From an uncultured virus (IMG/VR IMGVR_UViG_3300033553_000824) (Duplodnaviria; Heunggongvirae; Uroviricota; Caudoviricetes), in IMG/VR virus record IMGVR_UViG_3300033553_000824: a DNA stretch of 64,000 nt; one strand, written 5' to 3'. Positions 38,442 through 49,309 of the stretch are shown piece by piece; within the stretch, counting starts at the first letter, position 1, and each line of letters opens with the position of its first letter. The notes beneath the pieces were generated by a model that saw nothing but the letters and a program-made list of their open reading frames with translations, ran no database searches and had not been told where the DNA came from. Position numbers and translations under genes: made by a program.

Positions 38442-38870
38442 ATGACTGTACAAAAAAATGAAGCACTTAACGCTCTTGTGGATTTCGGAATTACATTAGA
38501 CCCACATTATCAATTGAAAATAACTTATTCTTTCGATAAAGCTAAAAAGATTAACGAAGTTGTAGATGTTATGCGTGTAGCTGGGATGATACGCGAAGCG
38601 TCCGATAATGTTTTAAAACTCACTCCCCGTAAAGAACCTGTGATGCCTGAGGTTAAAAAAGCTGGAGATAAAACCACAGCAGAAGAACTTAGCGACTTGT
38701 ATAGTAAAGGTGTTTTCTTAGCTATAGAAGACATGAATGTTGTTTCTTCAAACATCTATAAAGCAGTTGAAAGTAACTTTGATAATTTCACTTCAGCTCA
38801 GGTTGACAAAAGTATAAAACTTGTTGAAGATGCTAACGCTGCGTTAAAGAAAATTGGTAAACTTAAGTAA
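38442..38870 (+). CDS. Hypothetical protein
   Basis: CGTTAG upstream. Confidence 0.65.
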   Translation: MTVQKNEALNALVDFGITLDPHYQLKITYSFDKAKKINEVVDVMRVAGMIREASDNVLKLTPRKEPVMPEVKKAGDKTTAEELSDLYSKGVFLAIEDMNVVSSNIYKAVESNFDNFTSAQVDKSIKLVEDANAALKKIGKLK

Positions 38871-38886
38871 ATTTTAAGGATAAAAG

Positions 38887-39123
38887 ATGACAAAAAGTGC
38901 TTACATGGTGAAAGAGACTCACAGAATTACGGACGTTAAAGAGCTGGCTCAACTCCCTGTTGGCACAGTTGTGCTTTGTTACGAGACGGAAGGAGCTTCT
39001 CACGCTTACCAGCTATCTGATTCGGGTACATGGCTTGCCGTAGGTGTTTCCGGACCTGGGAGAAAACACACGGAGATGACCCTACCAGCTACTTTGCTTA
39101 CTGTTGCTATGCGGCCAATATAA
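38887..39123 (+). CDS. Phage-type hypothetical protein
   Basis: EL..LPVGTVV motif; AAGGA RBS. Confidence 0.65.
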   Translation: MTKSAYMVKETHRITDVKELAQLPVGTVVLCYETEGASHAYQLSDSGTWLAVGVSGPGRKHTEMTLPATLLTVAMRPI

Positions 39124-39172
39124 AACAATGACGAAGCTTTACGTTAGAGCAAAACACAACTAAGGACATGAA

Positions 39173-39439
39173 ATGGCAGAACATATTTTAGAAAAAGAAG
39201 ACATTATAGACCGGTATGTTGCTTCACGCACTAGTGGAGACCCAGGGGATTTACCTTCCGGGCGTTCAGGTGAAGACCAAGCCGAAGCTGAGGTCCGTAG
39301 TTTCTTCAGAAAGTATGAAGCGACTCTGCTTGATGAGGTAGCTAATAGTTTAGAGAAAGGCACATGGTCTTCTGAAGATCAATCTGGGGTTGCTAGCGCT
39401 GTGCGGGAGCTCCGTTTATTAGCGAACTCACTCAAATAG
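39173..39439 (+). CDS. Hypothetical protein
   Basis: AAGGA RBS; CGTTAG upstream. Confidence 0.65.
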   Translation: MAEHILEKEDIIDRYVASRTSGDPGDLPSGRSGEDQAEAEVRSFFRKYEATLLDEVANSLEKGTWSSEDQSGVASAVRELRLLANSLK

Positions 39440-39493
39440 TTAGACCCCTGTTCGGTTTTGGAACAGAGGTCTAACTGAGAGAAATTAAGTTAT

Positions 39494-39688
39494 TTACTTA
39501 TATGGTAAGGTAACACACTTATGCCAAACTTGTACTCCATATTTAGCATCTGCCTCTTGCATAGTTGAGCCTTTGATTGTCCCGGTTTCAACCCCTCCGT
39601 TGCCTAATTCTCTTTCCATATCTGCACAGCCTTTACTGTGTACCACTTCGGACCCATCTGGACTTTTTATCTTGATTGCTTCAGCCAT
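39494..39688 (-). CDS. Small hypothetical protein
   Basis: AAGGAG RBS; VHSKGCAD. Confidence 0.65.
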   Translation of the reverse strand: MAEAIKIKSPDGSEVVHSKGCADMERELGNGGVETGTIKGSTMQEADAKYGVQVWHKCVTLPYK

Positions 39689-39829
39689 TATTATATCTCC
39701 TTGTATTGTTATTATGCGCCTTATGTTGCTATCTAACGGGATATATATAATAACAGTTATTTATAACGTAGATAGCTAGTATATGGGCTCGTTAGAGATG
39801 GTAAGTCACATGCTATAAGGAGCTCCAAT

Positions 39830-40255
39830 ATGTTTGGCAAGAAGAACGAAACACCTAAACTTAATTTCACACCAGAGATAACAACAAGGTCTTTTACGAA
39901 AGTAAGTAAACTCCCGGTCATCCCTTCGAGCAAGATAGCTAACTATGTTTACAGCAAGCAAGGGCCAGGGGTTTTATTGAAAGCTGATAATTTCATGGCT
40001 GAGTTAGACAAAGGTAAATGGGGTGAGGTTGTAGGGGTTTGGACTGACATTCGAGACTCTCGTCTTACTCTGTCTTTGTTGAACCGGGAAGGTGATTTTA
40101 TTGCAGGTAAGCACATGAGTATAGCAAAAGAGCCTGATGTGATAACTCCTGATCTGAAAGCTAACTTGAAGTACGGCGGTGGTACGGAATTAGAGAACTA
40201 TGCTCTAGTGGTCGGCCCTGATGTGCCTTTATCAGATATCATAGCTTCACTCTGA
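39830..40255 (+). CDS. Hypothetical protein, family A
   Basis: MFG..PEITT..FTK.S.LP, GKWGEVVGVW, LNREG, YALVVGP. Confidence 0.8.
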   Translation: MFGKKNETPKLNFTPEITTRSFTKVSKLPVIPSSKIANYVYSKQGPGVLLKADNFMAELDKGKWGEVVGVWTDIRDSRLTLSLLNREGDFIAGKHMSIAKEPDVITPDLKANLKYGGGTELENYALVVGPDVPLSDIIASL

Positions 40256-40272
40256 GAATAGTTCACCTGCAG

Positions 40273-40734
40273 TTACTTATTATTGCGAAACAGGTTCAGA
40301 ATATAAAGTTTCGTAGCTTCTTTCCTTCGAAGATCATTTGAGAACCTGATACGTTCTTCCAGAGTGCCAAAATGTTTTACCTCTACTTCGTCAGCTGAGA
40401 TGGTAGGTCTGTATCTACGCAATATTTCAAAAGAAACTCTCTCAGCTTCAGCAATAGTTTTCAAAGGAGCTAAAGGTGAGAAAACGCTTGTGATATCCCC
40501 TTCTGTTACAGTACCCGGTTCAGGATGATCTTCACCGTACTGTTCAACCAGTTCAGCTTCAGTTAACGCCCTCTTATCGAAACCCACAATGATTGAACAT
40601 ATGTTATTCTTATCAAGGAAATAAACCACACCTTCATAGCCGTACTCATCAGCATTATCTAGGCCCCACAGCTTTACTCTGGAGATAGCGACAATAGCTT
40701 TTTTCTTAGGTGCACTCTTAAAGAAATTTAACAT
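40273..40734 (-). CDS. Hypothetical protein
   Basis: AAGGAG RBS; CGTTAG upstream. Confidence 0.65.
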   Translation of the reverse strand: MLNFFKSAPKKKAIVAISRVKLWGLDNADEYGYEGVVYFLDKNNICSIIVGFDKRALTEAELVEQYGEDHPEPGTVTEGDITSVFSPLAPLKTIAEAERVSFEILRRYRPTISADEVEVKHFGTLEERIRFSNDLRRKEATKLYILNLFRNNK

Positions 40735-40867
40735 GAAACTATTACTCCTTTTGGTTAGGTTCAGAATATAATAATGAAACTATTTGTTATATGGTTATAT
40801 GTCTAACGGAAGGGCGACACCATATCCGTTAGTGAATGACTCGATAGCAAAAAGGGGCGTGGTTAAG

Positions 40868-41263
40868 ATGTCAGAGGAAGATTTTTTTAACCTAACTAAC
40901 TATAAGGCAAAAAGTAACAACATACGGCTTTTCGGATCTCCTTTGTACTTATCTAAAGATGGTGAATATGTTGGCGGGGATGGCTCTTGGCTTTCCCCTG
41001 AAGGCAACCATTTCGAAGTTCATTACGTAGCTCGTTTCGACGGTAAGTTCGCTGCGTACACTTTAGAGGAAATGTTAGATCTTGATAACAGCACCTCCAT
41101 TTGGGATAGTTTCACAAACGACAGTGGCGATAGTGCTATAACAGCTATGGTAGGATCAGAAGGATATGAGAGATGCTCCCTGGGATATGGTGGTCTCAAC
41201 CCGCAGTTTATACAGAATTTTACTTTAGGCGACAAATGGGAGCCATCCGAAGCCCATAACTAA
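40868..41263 (+). CDS. Hypothetical protein, paralog of 41766-42173
   Basis: DFF.L.NY...LFG.P.YLS.DG.YVGG...ARFDG.FAAYTL...W.PSEAH. Confidence 0.75.
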   Translation: MSEEDFFNLTNYKAKSNNIRLFGSPLYLSKDGEYVGGDGSWLSPEGNHFEVHYVARFDGKFAAYTLEEMLDLDNSTSIWDSFTNDSGDSAITAMVGSEGYERCSLGYGGLNPQFIQNFTLGDKWEPSEAHN

Positions 41264-41341
41264 CGCAGGGGAGTAACTAAGAGCACCCTAGCAGCAGCTC
41301 CCGTTAGAGACATACAAGCCAAATAACCACAGGGAGTAAAC

Positions 41342-41740
41342 ATGTTCGGGAAGAACAAAACTAATTTCACACCAGAGATCACAACAAACATTTTTACAAA
41401 AACTAGTGAACTTCCTGTGGTGCCTTTATCAACAATAGCGGAATTTGCGTACGGCAAAAGAGGGCTAAAAATGTTCTCTGTTCCTGGAGCTGATGAGTTC
41501 ATGATGAACATAAGTAAAGGCTACTACGGTGAGATTGTAGGGATATGGTTATCGCCCCAAGATCCAAGTAACTTATTTATGTTAAACCGAAAAGGTCAAC
41601 TTGTAGATAGTTTCACCTTCACTAATTACCCTGCTGATAAGTTGAAAACTAACGCAAAGAATGGTGGGGGAGAAGCCGAAAAATGTGCTTTGATAGTAGG
41701 GCCAAGCACCCCTCTAGCTAAAATCCTCATTACGCTGTAA
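41342..41740 (+). CDS. Hypothetical protein, family A
   Basis: MFG..FTPEITT..FTK..LP, GYYGEIVGIW, LNRKG. Confidence 0.8.
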   Translation: MFGKNKTNFTPEITTNIFTKTSELPVVPLSTIAEFAYGKRGLKMFSVPGADEFMMNISKGYYGEIVGIWLSPQDPSNLFMLNRKGQLVDSFTFTNYPADKLKTNAKNGGGEAEKCALIVGPSTPLAKILITL

Positions 41741-41765
41741 AATACAAACTAACAAAGGAGCAAAA

Positions 41766-42173
41766 ATGGAAGAGAAAGACTTCTTCGATCTGAAGAACTA
41801 CAGGATGAAAAAACAAGGTGTACAACTTTTCGGAGACCCCTCATATTTGTCACATGATGGTCAATATGTTGGAGGGCGAGCCACAGCGCATACTGCTGAT
41901 AACAAAGGAGGAGTGTGCGTTCATTACTTAGCGCGCTACGACGGTATGTTCGCTGCTTACACCCTAGCTGAAATGGTAGAAGTCGAATATGATGATGAAA
42001 CACGCACATGGGAGAGTTTCGCTCACTCCACCGGGAATAGTGCCATCACAGCAATGGTAGGGCCAGGTGAGTACGAATGGTGTCTCAAAGGATATGATGA
42101 CTACCCGAAGCTTCTAAAAGGCTTCAGACTAGGTGACACGTGGAGACCCTCTGAAGCTCATCGCTCGGAATAA
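41766..42173 (+). CDS. Hypothetical protein, paralog of 40868-41263
   Basis: High similarity across the full length. Confidence 0.75.
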   Translation: MEEKDFFDLKNYRMKKQGVQLFGDPSYLSHDGQYVGGRATAHTADNKGGVCVHYLARYDGMFAAYTLAEMVEVEYDDETRTWESFAHSTGNSAITAMVGPGEYEWCLKGYDDYPKLLKGFRLGDTWRPSEAHRSE

Positions 42174-42178
42174 AAAAT

Positions 42179-42586
42179 CTAATAATCTAGATTTACAGAA
42201 CCCTCAGTAGTAGTAGAAGGAGCTCCTTGCCTACGTAAATCAGTCCTAACTGATTCCTGTCCACGAATAATAATTTTAGGTTCACGTTCCATCATTGGTT
42301 TACGGGTTTTATCTCCAACAGTTTCGAAACCGTGGTTCCGATAAAAACTAACAAGCTGATTATCATCCAACCCTGTACCATATGAGCTGACTTCTAAGAT
42401 CAAAGTAAGATGATGTTTGTCAGCGTAACTAGTAATAATTCCCATAAGCTGTGAAGCGTGACCTTTTCGCTGTTCCTCTGATTTTAGAGAAGAAATAGTA
42501 GCACGTTTCACCCCTCCCCATAGAACCAAATCAACGGAAGATGAGTTGTGTTTAAAAGTTATTACTTCAGGTGAGGTGGTACTCAT
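42179..42586 (-). CDS. GNAT-family acetyltransferase
   Basis: QRKGHASQLM (motif A) and FYRNHGF. Confidence 0.7.
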   Translation of the reverse strand: MSTTSPEVITFKHNSSSVDLVLWGGVKRATISSLKSEEQRKGHASQLMGIITSYADKHHLTLILEVSSYGTGLDDNQLVSFYRNHGFETVGDKTRKPMMEREPKIIIRGQESVRTDLRRQGAPSTTTEGSVNLDY

Positions 42587-42721
42587 ATGTATTCTCCCGT
42601 CTGTTATTCCAGATTATTATACACAAACACGATAGTTAAACTTTTTCACTTAGTCAACTATGACATGTGTTTATCTAGCGTGTATCAAATTCAGACTTCA
42701 GCACAGGTTAAAATATTTTTG

Positions 42722-43549
42722 TTAGAACAATAAATCAGAGTAAACACCGTAATGATCTGAGAAACCACGGGTGTCTAACCTGTGGCAATTCAGTGGGGAG
42801 CCTAACCGGCCATAAGCCCAGCCTTTAACCATAATATAATCCACTCGCCTTGCAGGTAATTCCTCAGGTTTGAATATACCAATCCTCAAAGCAGTTTCAA
42901 CAGCAAAAGGAAGATCCGGACCTGTGGTAGCATATTCCTCTGCTTCACCTCTATGTATGAAAGCATCAACCCAGTATGTGAATTCATCCTCATGACTTCC
43001 ATGGGTTTCACCACGAAGGTACCTTATGCTATCAGTGTTCTCAGTTGTGTTAAAATCCCCTACCATGACATAAACATCTGCTAGAACAGTATCCTCAACA
43101 AAATGAACTGCAACTTCTAACTGTTGTTTACGATAAAGTTCATTCTGATAAGACCAAGCTAAATGGTTGTTAACAACACATAAACGTTTACCTTCAACCT
43201 CTATGACAGTAACAACTGAAGGGAGAACACCACTACGGTAAGCTAATGACATATGCTCGTATTCTCGGTAATCCACAGAATGGCTTTCAACTATAGGGAA
43301 CTTAGAGAAAGTAGCGTTACCGCACACATATTTGACATCATCAACCGTTACGAACTCCTCAAGGACACTAAATGAATATTCATAACCACAGTCTAACATG
43401 ATCACTTCAAGCTCTTCAAGACCTATTTCAAGCACTTCCTGTAAAGCAACCACATCAGCGTTAAGGGCAGGTAGCTCATCAGCGAACAACTGATAACGGT
43501 CACACCAGTTTCTGGGGTTGTTCAGTAAATTCAAAGTTAGTATACGCAT
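42722..43549 (-). CDS. Endonuclease/exonuclease/phosphatase (EEP) family protein
   Basis: ILTLN, DVVALQEV, NNHL, GDFN, RVDYI, SDH. Confidence 0.9.
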   Translation of the reverse strand: MRILTLNLLNNPRNWCDRYQLFADELPALNADVVALQEVLEIGLEELEVIMLDCGYEYSFSVLEEFVTVDDVKYVCGNATFSKFPIVESHSVDYREYEHMSLAYRSGVLPSVVTVIEVEGKRLCVVNNHLAWSYQNELYRKQQLEVAVHFVEDTVLADVYVMVGDFNTTENTDSIRYLRGETHGSHEDEFTYWVDAFIHRGEAEEYATTGPDLPFAVETALRIGIFKPEELPARRVDYIMVKGWAYGRLGSPLNCHRLDTRGFSDHYGVYSDLLF

Positions 43550-43600
43550 GATACTAACCCTATCGGAAGATGCCTAGCTGTGCTGAGGGAACCCACGAAA

Positions 43601-43900
43601 CTAAAAATCAGTTCGGCTGTAAGGAACCTCAGATATCACAGAAGTCACTTTCACGGAATACACTTTAATGTCGCCCTCAGGGATATCCTCCAAGAGAACC
43701 TCAGAATATTGGTCAGCTTCAGCTTCGCTTTCCGCTACCACCTCAAAGTTCTTAGGGTGGACACAACCATCACAATTATGACCACACGCCGCGTGGTCCC
43801 CATGGTTAGAGCAGCCACAACCCACATACCATAATGTTTGATGTTTGAAATGCGCTTTCTTAATTGCCTTATGATGCGCTGAAGGGTAAACTATTATCAT
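43601..43900 (-). CDS. Cys/His-rich hypothetical protein
   Basis: GCGCSNHGDHAACGHNCDGC. Confidence 0.6.
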   Translation of the reverse strand: MIIVYPSAHHKAIKKAHFKHQTLWYVGCGCSNHGDHAACGHNCDGCVHPKNFEVVAESEAEADQYSEVLLEDIPEGDIKVYSVKVTSVISEVPYSRTDF

Positions 43901-44005
43901 AAACAAATATCTAACGGAAGGTTAACCCAATAAACAGTTACACCCCAGAAACATGAACTATTTATAGGCTCCGGGGTGCAACTAACTTACCTTACAAATC
44001 AAAAA

Positions 44006-44278
44006 TTAATCTTGAACAGCATCTAATTCTTTACTCACCTTATCGAACTTACTGTCAGACCAATCACAATCACCACCAGTGTACTGTAAATGAATGTAAA
44101 ACTTATCGTTACCACCAACGTAAGTGTCTAATTGTAAACCTTTAACACCACTAGACCACGTATCAGGTTTGTAGTCATTATCCTGAACTCTCTTAATTAA
44201 ACCATCAGTAGGGTAACCGTTAGCTGACAGAATACGTTCAACGACCTGTAAGTTTTTATCTGCTCTGTTCTTATCCAT
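44006..44278 (-). CDS. Hypothetical protein
   Basis: AAGGAG RBS; CGTTAG upstream. Confidence 0.65.
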   Translation of the reverse strand: MDKNRADKNLQVVERILSANGYPTDGLIKRVQDNDYKPDTWSSGVKGLQLDTYVGGNDKFYIHLQYTGGDCDWSDSKFDKVSKELDAVQD

Positions 44279-44459
44279 AATTATGTGCTCCTTGAAATTT
44301 TTTGTAACAACCTAAAACAGCTGCTATGTTAAGTATTGCTCTAACGTCAAAACACTATAAACACATATTTTAGTAATCAAACAGTAACTTAAAAAGTAAA
44401 GCCCTTCCCGTTAGGGATGTAACTATCCGATATTATAATATAACATTAAGGAAACTAAA

Positions 44460-44816
44460 ATGACACAACCAGGTAAATACATGTGGTTACACATTAACAA
44501 CAGAACCCTCAAAGAAGTCCAAGCTATCGTAACTGATGGTGAAGTCATGACGGACGGTGATTGCGGTAATATCTGGGGGGAGCATCATAACTGCCCTTGG
44601 CCTCACATACTCGTTAAATTCCCTTCAGCAGAAGACATACAAGCTTTGAAAGAATCTAACGTAGGTTATGCAGCTAACGAAGCAGATGTTTGGGCAGATG
44701 TATCAGAATCATGGCTTTGGACGGAAGATTCCCACTGCTATGGGAGAACAGACTGGAGTGTGGATTACCGCAGACCATTCGGTACCGAAAGCCCAGACCC
44801 AGAAACAACCGTCTAA
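44460..44816 (+). CDS. Hypothetical protein, GDCGN-CPWPH family
   Basis: GDCGN.WGE.H.CPWPH shared with 44934 and 53876. Confidence 0.8.
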   Translation: MTQPGKYMWLHINNRTLKEVQAIVTDGEVMTDGDCGNIWGEHHNCPWPHILVKFPSAEDIQALKESNVGYAANEADVWADVSESWLWTEDSHCYGRTDWSVDYRRPFGTESPDPETTV

Positions 44817-44933
44817 AAAGTAGTAGAAAAACTACTTAGCTTCACATGTTAAAGCAGCCCTATCTGTAAAAGGACTCTGTTTCCGTTAGAAAGAACATGT
44901 TGAAACCTACGAACAGTTAGGAGCATACAAACA

Positions 44934-45365
44934 ATGGCAGAAGCAACTAAACACTTTTGGGCTCATATTAACGACAGAACCCTCAAAGAAGTCCAATCTA
45001 TCATAACTGATGGTGAGGTCATGACAGACGGTGACTGCGGTAACGTATGGGGCGAAAAACATTACTGCCCGTGGCCTCATATACTAATCAAACACCCCTC
45101 AGATGAAGACCTTGCGGCCCTAAGAGCTAACGGTACGGGTTACATTATCAACGACACAGATGTATGGGCTGATGTAACAGACTCATGGAACTGGAAAGAA
45201 GACCCTAACTGCCGCCTAAGAGAATACTACAGTTTCGATTACCGTAAACCACACGGAGAGGAAATACCTGTAATACTCGGGCCTAGAACCGAAAGGGAAT
45301 GCGTCGAAGAGCTTGAATCTTTTAGAAAGAACCTTCCCCGTAGACCCAAAAACCTACCCATTTAA
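44934..45365 (+). CDS. Hypothetical protein, GDCGN-CPWPH family
   Basis: Tandem paralog. Confidence 0.8.
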   Translation: MAEATKHFWAHINDRTLKEVQSIITDGEVMTDGDCGNVWGEKHYCPWPHILIKHPSDEDLAALRANGTGYIINDTDVWADVTDSWNWKEDPNCRLREYYSFDYRKPHGEEIPVILGPRTERECVEELESFRKNLPRRPKNLPI

Positions 45366-45386
45366 AGCAAAGGAGAATAACGAGTC

Positions 45387-45635
45387 ATGGATAAAAATAA
45401 ATTAGCTGCTGCAGTAGCACAAGAATTACTAAGCGCTGTGCAGAATGCCATTAACATAGCTGGGCAAGCCCCCGCAGAGTTAAACTACGATAACAGGGAA
45501 TATTACTTTATTGTTGAAGAAGCTAAAGAAAATGATACTCTCAACGTAGGAGTATACCTCCACTCACCTAACGAAGATGAGGACCCGGATGCTCCAACCG
45601 TAACGGTTCAAATAGGTATCAAAAAGATATTTTAG
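45387..45635 (+). CDS. Hypothetical protein
   Basis: AAGGAG RBS. Confidence 0.6.
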   Translation: MDKNKLAAAVAQELLSAVQNAINIAGQAPAELNYDNREYYFIVEEAKENDTLNVGVYLHSPNEDEDPDAPTVTVQIGIKKIF

Positions 45636-45665
45636 GTAACCGACCAAAGGTAAAGAAGGATACTA

Positions 45666-46223
45666 ATGTCTGAAAGGGAAATGCCGCACGCCTCTGCTTC
45701 TAAAGGTAACTCAAGAATAACCACGTTCATTGCGGATAAAACACAATGGGAAAAAGGTGTGAACATTATTCTCAAATCACAACAAACAACATCCCTTCCG
45801 GACCCAGCAACATGGCCCCCAGAGCGTTTAGCTGAGCATACTAGAGGACGGCAAGAGAACGCTATAAACGTCTGGTTAGCGGAAATAGAAGGGGAGACTG
45901 TTGGGCATGCGTTACTTGGTATAATCCCCGCAGACCATAAAGACTGGTCCCGGATGAAAGACCCTGTAATATCAGATGCGCTCAAAAAAGGTAACCTAAT
46001 TGAAATGGGCGGCCTGGCTGTGTTACCAGAATGGTATAAACATGGTATTGCAGATACTCTCATACGAGCCAGGTTAGAGTGGATGAAGGGGTTCCCTGAA
46101 AAAGTAGTTTGCGCATCAATATGGCAGCACTCTCAAGGTTCACAAGCTCTCGCTAACAAGTATGCTAAACTCGTGACGAAAAGTAACTTCGGTCCATACG
46201 ACCTGGTTATTTACAACACCTAA
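45666..46223 (+). CDS. GNAT-family acetyltransferase
   Basis: WLAEIEGETVGH, LAVLPEWYKHGIADTL. Confidence 0.75.
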   Translation: MSEREMPHASASKGNSRITTFIADKTQWEKGVNIILKSQQTTSLPDPATWPPERLAEHTRGRQENAINVWLAEIEGETVGHALLGIIPADHKDWSRMKDPVISDALKKGNLIEMGGLAVLPEWYKHGIADTLIRARLEWMKGFPEKVVCASIWQHSQGSQALANKYAKLVTKSNFGPYDLVIYNT

Positions 46224-46330
46224 CTGTCTCTGACACAACCCCGTTGTTACAACTTGAACGGATATAAAATATTTTAATAACAACCCTATAGAGAAGACAT
46301 CAGGCAACATCCAGAAAGAAGAGGACTAAC

Positions 46331-46750
46331 ATGATATTAGAAGACAACAACGGTGTTATACAAGCCAACAAAGACGCTAAACTCTGGGAAGACTGGGGTA
46401 TTATGAGTGTTCGCGTAGAAACACCCTTCGCTAACTTTCGTGAAATTATCATCCCAGCAGGAACCCGCCTTTGCCCACAGTTCACACATGTAGAAGTACG
46501 CAACCCACAGTACACTGATAAGCAAACCATAACCACAAGCTATAGCCTCACCCACATGACAGCTAAACAACACAGCATAGATTACCCTCTGGCTGTAGGG
46601 TTACCTGAAAGGATCAAAGACATAAGATGGGTGTACGTAAGCACAGAAATGTTAGAAGCCAACGGGTTAAAACTAGAGGAACTGGAAGTTCAAATCCAAA
46701 TAATATCTTCACTTGAAACCAAAAAACATTTAGCTAAAGACATAAACTAA
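46331..46750 (+). CDS. Hypothetical protein
   Basis: GAGGA RBS. Confidence 0.6.
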   Translation: MILEDNNGVIQANKDAKLWEDWGIMSVRVETPFANFREIIIPAGTRLCPQFTHVEVRNPQYTDKQTITTSYSLTHMTAKQHSIDYPLAVGLPERIKDIRWVYVSTEMLEANGLKLEELEVQIQIISSLETKKHLAKDIN

Positions 46751-46793
46751 CCAACCCCAACCCAATAAACAACACCCGAAGGATACAAAAAAT

Positions 46794-47078
46794 ATGTTAA
46801 ACACACAAGAACTGAGACAAGCAACGGATGAAGTACACTACCCCGCTAAGGCCCCTAAAGAAACACGAACAGCAGAAATCAAAGCATATAGAGAAGAGAT
46901 CAGTAGATTAGAGCAACAATGGAAAGACTGGCTCGCAGCAGAGTACCTACCACAACTATCAGCATCAAAAACAGATGAAGTGTACAGAAAAGCTTGGGAA
47001 GATGGTCACAGCTCAGGTTACCAAGAAGTAGAGTATCATTATGAGGAACTAGCGGTCCTTATAAACAGAATTCTTTAA
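46794..47078 (+). CDS. Phage-type hypothetical protein
   Basis: AWEDGHSSGYQEV motif. Confidence 0.7.
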   Translation: MLNTQELRQATDEVHYPAKAPKETRTAEIKAYREEISRLEQQWKDWLAAEYLPQLSASKTDEVYRKAWEDGHSSGYQEVEYHYEELAVLINRIL

Positions 47079-47133
47079 CAGAAATCAGCAGGGGATAAGT
47101 TCCTTATTGTCGGTACAGGACTTAACTAAAATT

Positions 47134-47514
47134 TTACAGAACTTTGGGAGCTCTTGTGAACGGCTTAGTTGACCCACTGCGGTAACTGTCATAAGCTATA
47201 TCCAGTGCTTTTTCTTTATCCCATCTGTTGAAAAGAGCAAATCGGACAGTTTTGCTACTCTGAATAGCAATCATCTCCCCTATATTCATGTCCAGAATAT
47301 AATGAGAAGGCACCCATCCTAAATAAACGTTATCAGGTTTGGTAGCATCAAGAGTTATATGAACTAAATAATATCGAACACCACCGTTAACAACCCAAGC
47401 AACATAGTAAGGAGCCTCCGCGTTATCCTCACCTGGAACCTCATCATATTCATTACAACCATAACCAGCTTTAGGGGAATGCACTTTCTTAACTAACTTC
47501 TCAACATCAGACAT
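47134..47514 (-). CDS. Hypothetical protein, MSDVEK family
   Basis: Paralog of 48194-48568. Confidence 0.75.
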   Translation of the reverse strand: MSDVEKLVKKVHSPKAGYGCNEYDEVPGEDNAEAPYYVAWVVNGGVRYYLVHITLDATKPDNVYLGWVPSHYILDMNIGEMIAIQSSKTVRFALFNRWDKEKALDIAYDSYRSGSTKPFTRAPKVL

Positions 47515-47556
47515 TCTTTACCCTCCAGGGTAGCATACTAAAAACAAGCCCTGCTG

Positions 47557-47754
47557 TTAAGAACAATAATCATAAGGGAACTTAACTAAAGGATCATCCT
47601 CGTCGTCAACATCAGAAGAGACATCAGTTGGATAATATTTAGCGCCCTTAACGATCATCCACTCAGCATCCTGGTTACCCTGCCCCCATACCTCATCGGG
47701 TTCGTCGCGATCATAAGCAGGTTCTAATTTGATGAAATTCTCAGAAACAGACAT
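47557..47754 (-). CDS. Short or truncated member of the MSDVEK family
   Basis: EV.G..N..A.WMIV.G.KYY...S.DVD; GGAGG RBS. Confidence 0.55.
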   Translation of the reverse strand: MSVSENFIKLEPAYDRDEPDEVWGQGNQDAEWMIVKGAKYYPTDVSSDVDDEDDPLVKFPYDYCS

Positions 47755-47883
47755 TTTATCCTCCAGGTGGATACACACATATGGTTTGATACATTATACC
47801 CTAACGTAACTAGCGTACTATCACAAATAAAAGAAGCTTATTCCACTATCCGATATTATTTACAACCAAGGACAGGTACATAA

Positions 47884-48216
47884 ATGGATGATTTCACTAA
47901 CTATATGCTATCTGGTGCACTCGGGTTGGCGGTATGGGCAATCGGAGCTGCCTACATTCATTACACCAGCCCCTCAACTGATAATTATTTAGGTTGGGCT
48001 AAAATATGTGTGATAGTAGTGCCAGCTGCTGCTGTGGCTTTCTCCTTAGCTCTTGCTGTTATAGCCCCACCACCAGAGTTAGAGAAATTAGGTAACCTAG
48101 ATGAACTCACTCAAAACATCACAGACCAGCTAAACGGTTCAGACCCTAACGCCACTGAAGAACCAACCACAACAGAACAACTACTCCAACAACTCACCGG
48201 AAAACAAGTTTCCTAG
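47884..48216 (+). CDS. Two-TM membrane protein
   Basis: Two hydrophobic helices; CCGATA upstream. Confidence 0.7.
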   Translation: MDDFTNYMLSGALGLAVWAIGAAYIHYTSPSTDNYLGWAKICVIVVPAAAVAFSLALAVIAPPPELEKLGNLDELTQNITDQLNGSDPNATEEPTTTEQLLQQLTGKQVS

Positions 48217-48568
48217 TTTCAGCAACTTTTTGATACCCGTTGATGACATCATTATAAGCTATAACAAGACCCTCTTCTCTACCCCACTTATCGAAAAAAG
48301 AAAACTCAACAGCCCTGTCAGAGCTAATAATAAGCCTATCCCCGACATCAGGAACAAAAACTGCAGGCAACCAACCCGGATGGTCATTACCGGGGTCCAC
48401 ATCAACAGAAATCTCAACAAAATAATACTTAACACCCTCAACGATCATCCACATAACATAATAAGGGGCGTACCGGTTATCTAACCCCGAGACCTCACTA
48501 TATTCGTTACAACCATAATCATCCTCAATTATGTGAACCTTCTTAACTATTTTCTCAACATCAGACAT
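48194..48568 (-). CDS. Hypothetical protein, MSDVEK family
   Basis: Paralog of 47134-47514, including upstream DNA. Confidence 0.75.
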   Translation of the reverse strand: MSDVEKIVKKVHIIEDDYGCNEYSEVSGLDNRYAPYYVMWMIVEGVKYYFVEISVDVDPGNDHPGWLPAVFVPDVGDRLIISSDRAVEFSFFDKWGREEGLVIAYNDVINGYQKVAETRKLVFR

Positions 48569-48863
48569 TTTTTACCCTCCAAGGTAATATACTAAAACTT
48601 TATACCCTCATCCTAACAACATCATCACAAAAAATATATGCCATACCAAATAAACACGCTCAGAGCAGCTGTCAAACACAATGATGAGAAAGAATTAAGA
48701 CATATCAAATTCGCAGCAGGCTCCAGCGTACCACTACCCGAAATCCTCATGGGACTATACCCCCTAAAAATAAGGTAAAACAAAATAGCAACAACACAGG
48801 CCGCATCTTTAAAAAACGTTCCTATATATGTTGTATAATGCAAGTAACAGAAAAGGTATCGTA

Positions 48864-49127
48864 ATGAATAGCACATTCACTAAAATAATGCAAGGCGTAG
48901 GCGACGTAATCGTAGGAGCACCACGTTCCAAACAAATAGAACCAGAAAAGACTTTCGAAGTCACCCTAAAAGACGAAGCTGGCACTATAGACTGCGTAAT
49001 TGGCGTCGAAACAATCTTATCAAAAGAGGGTTATCTGACTGTGTTCAACGGAGATAACTCAGCAGTAAAAACTTTCGCCCCAGGGACGTGGGTTAGCGTT
49101 GGAGCTAAAAAAGACCCCACAGGTTAA
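48864..49127 (+). CDS. Hypothetical protein
   Basis: AAAGG RBS; FAPGTWVSV C-terminus. Confidence 0.6.
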   Translation: MNSTFTKIMQGVGDVIVGAPRSKQIEPEKTFEVTLKDEAGTIDCVIGVETILSKEGYLTVFNGDNSAVKTFAPGTWVSVGAKKDPTG

Positions 49128-49309
49128 TCTTTATAAAGATGCCCAACTTCATGCTGTACCCATGCATTGATCTTATCTAACAGATACTGTTCCAACCTGT
49201 CCGTAGCATCATAACCATAACTGAAAACAGCTAAGGAAATCATATGACACAACCAGCTTGATACCGTTAGAACAAAAGAAACAACCCGAACCATGTCCGG
49301 TTAAAAAAG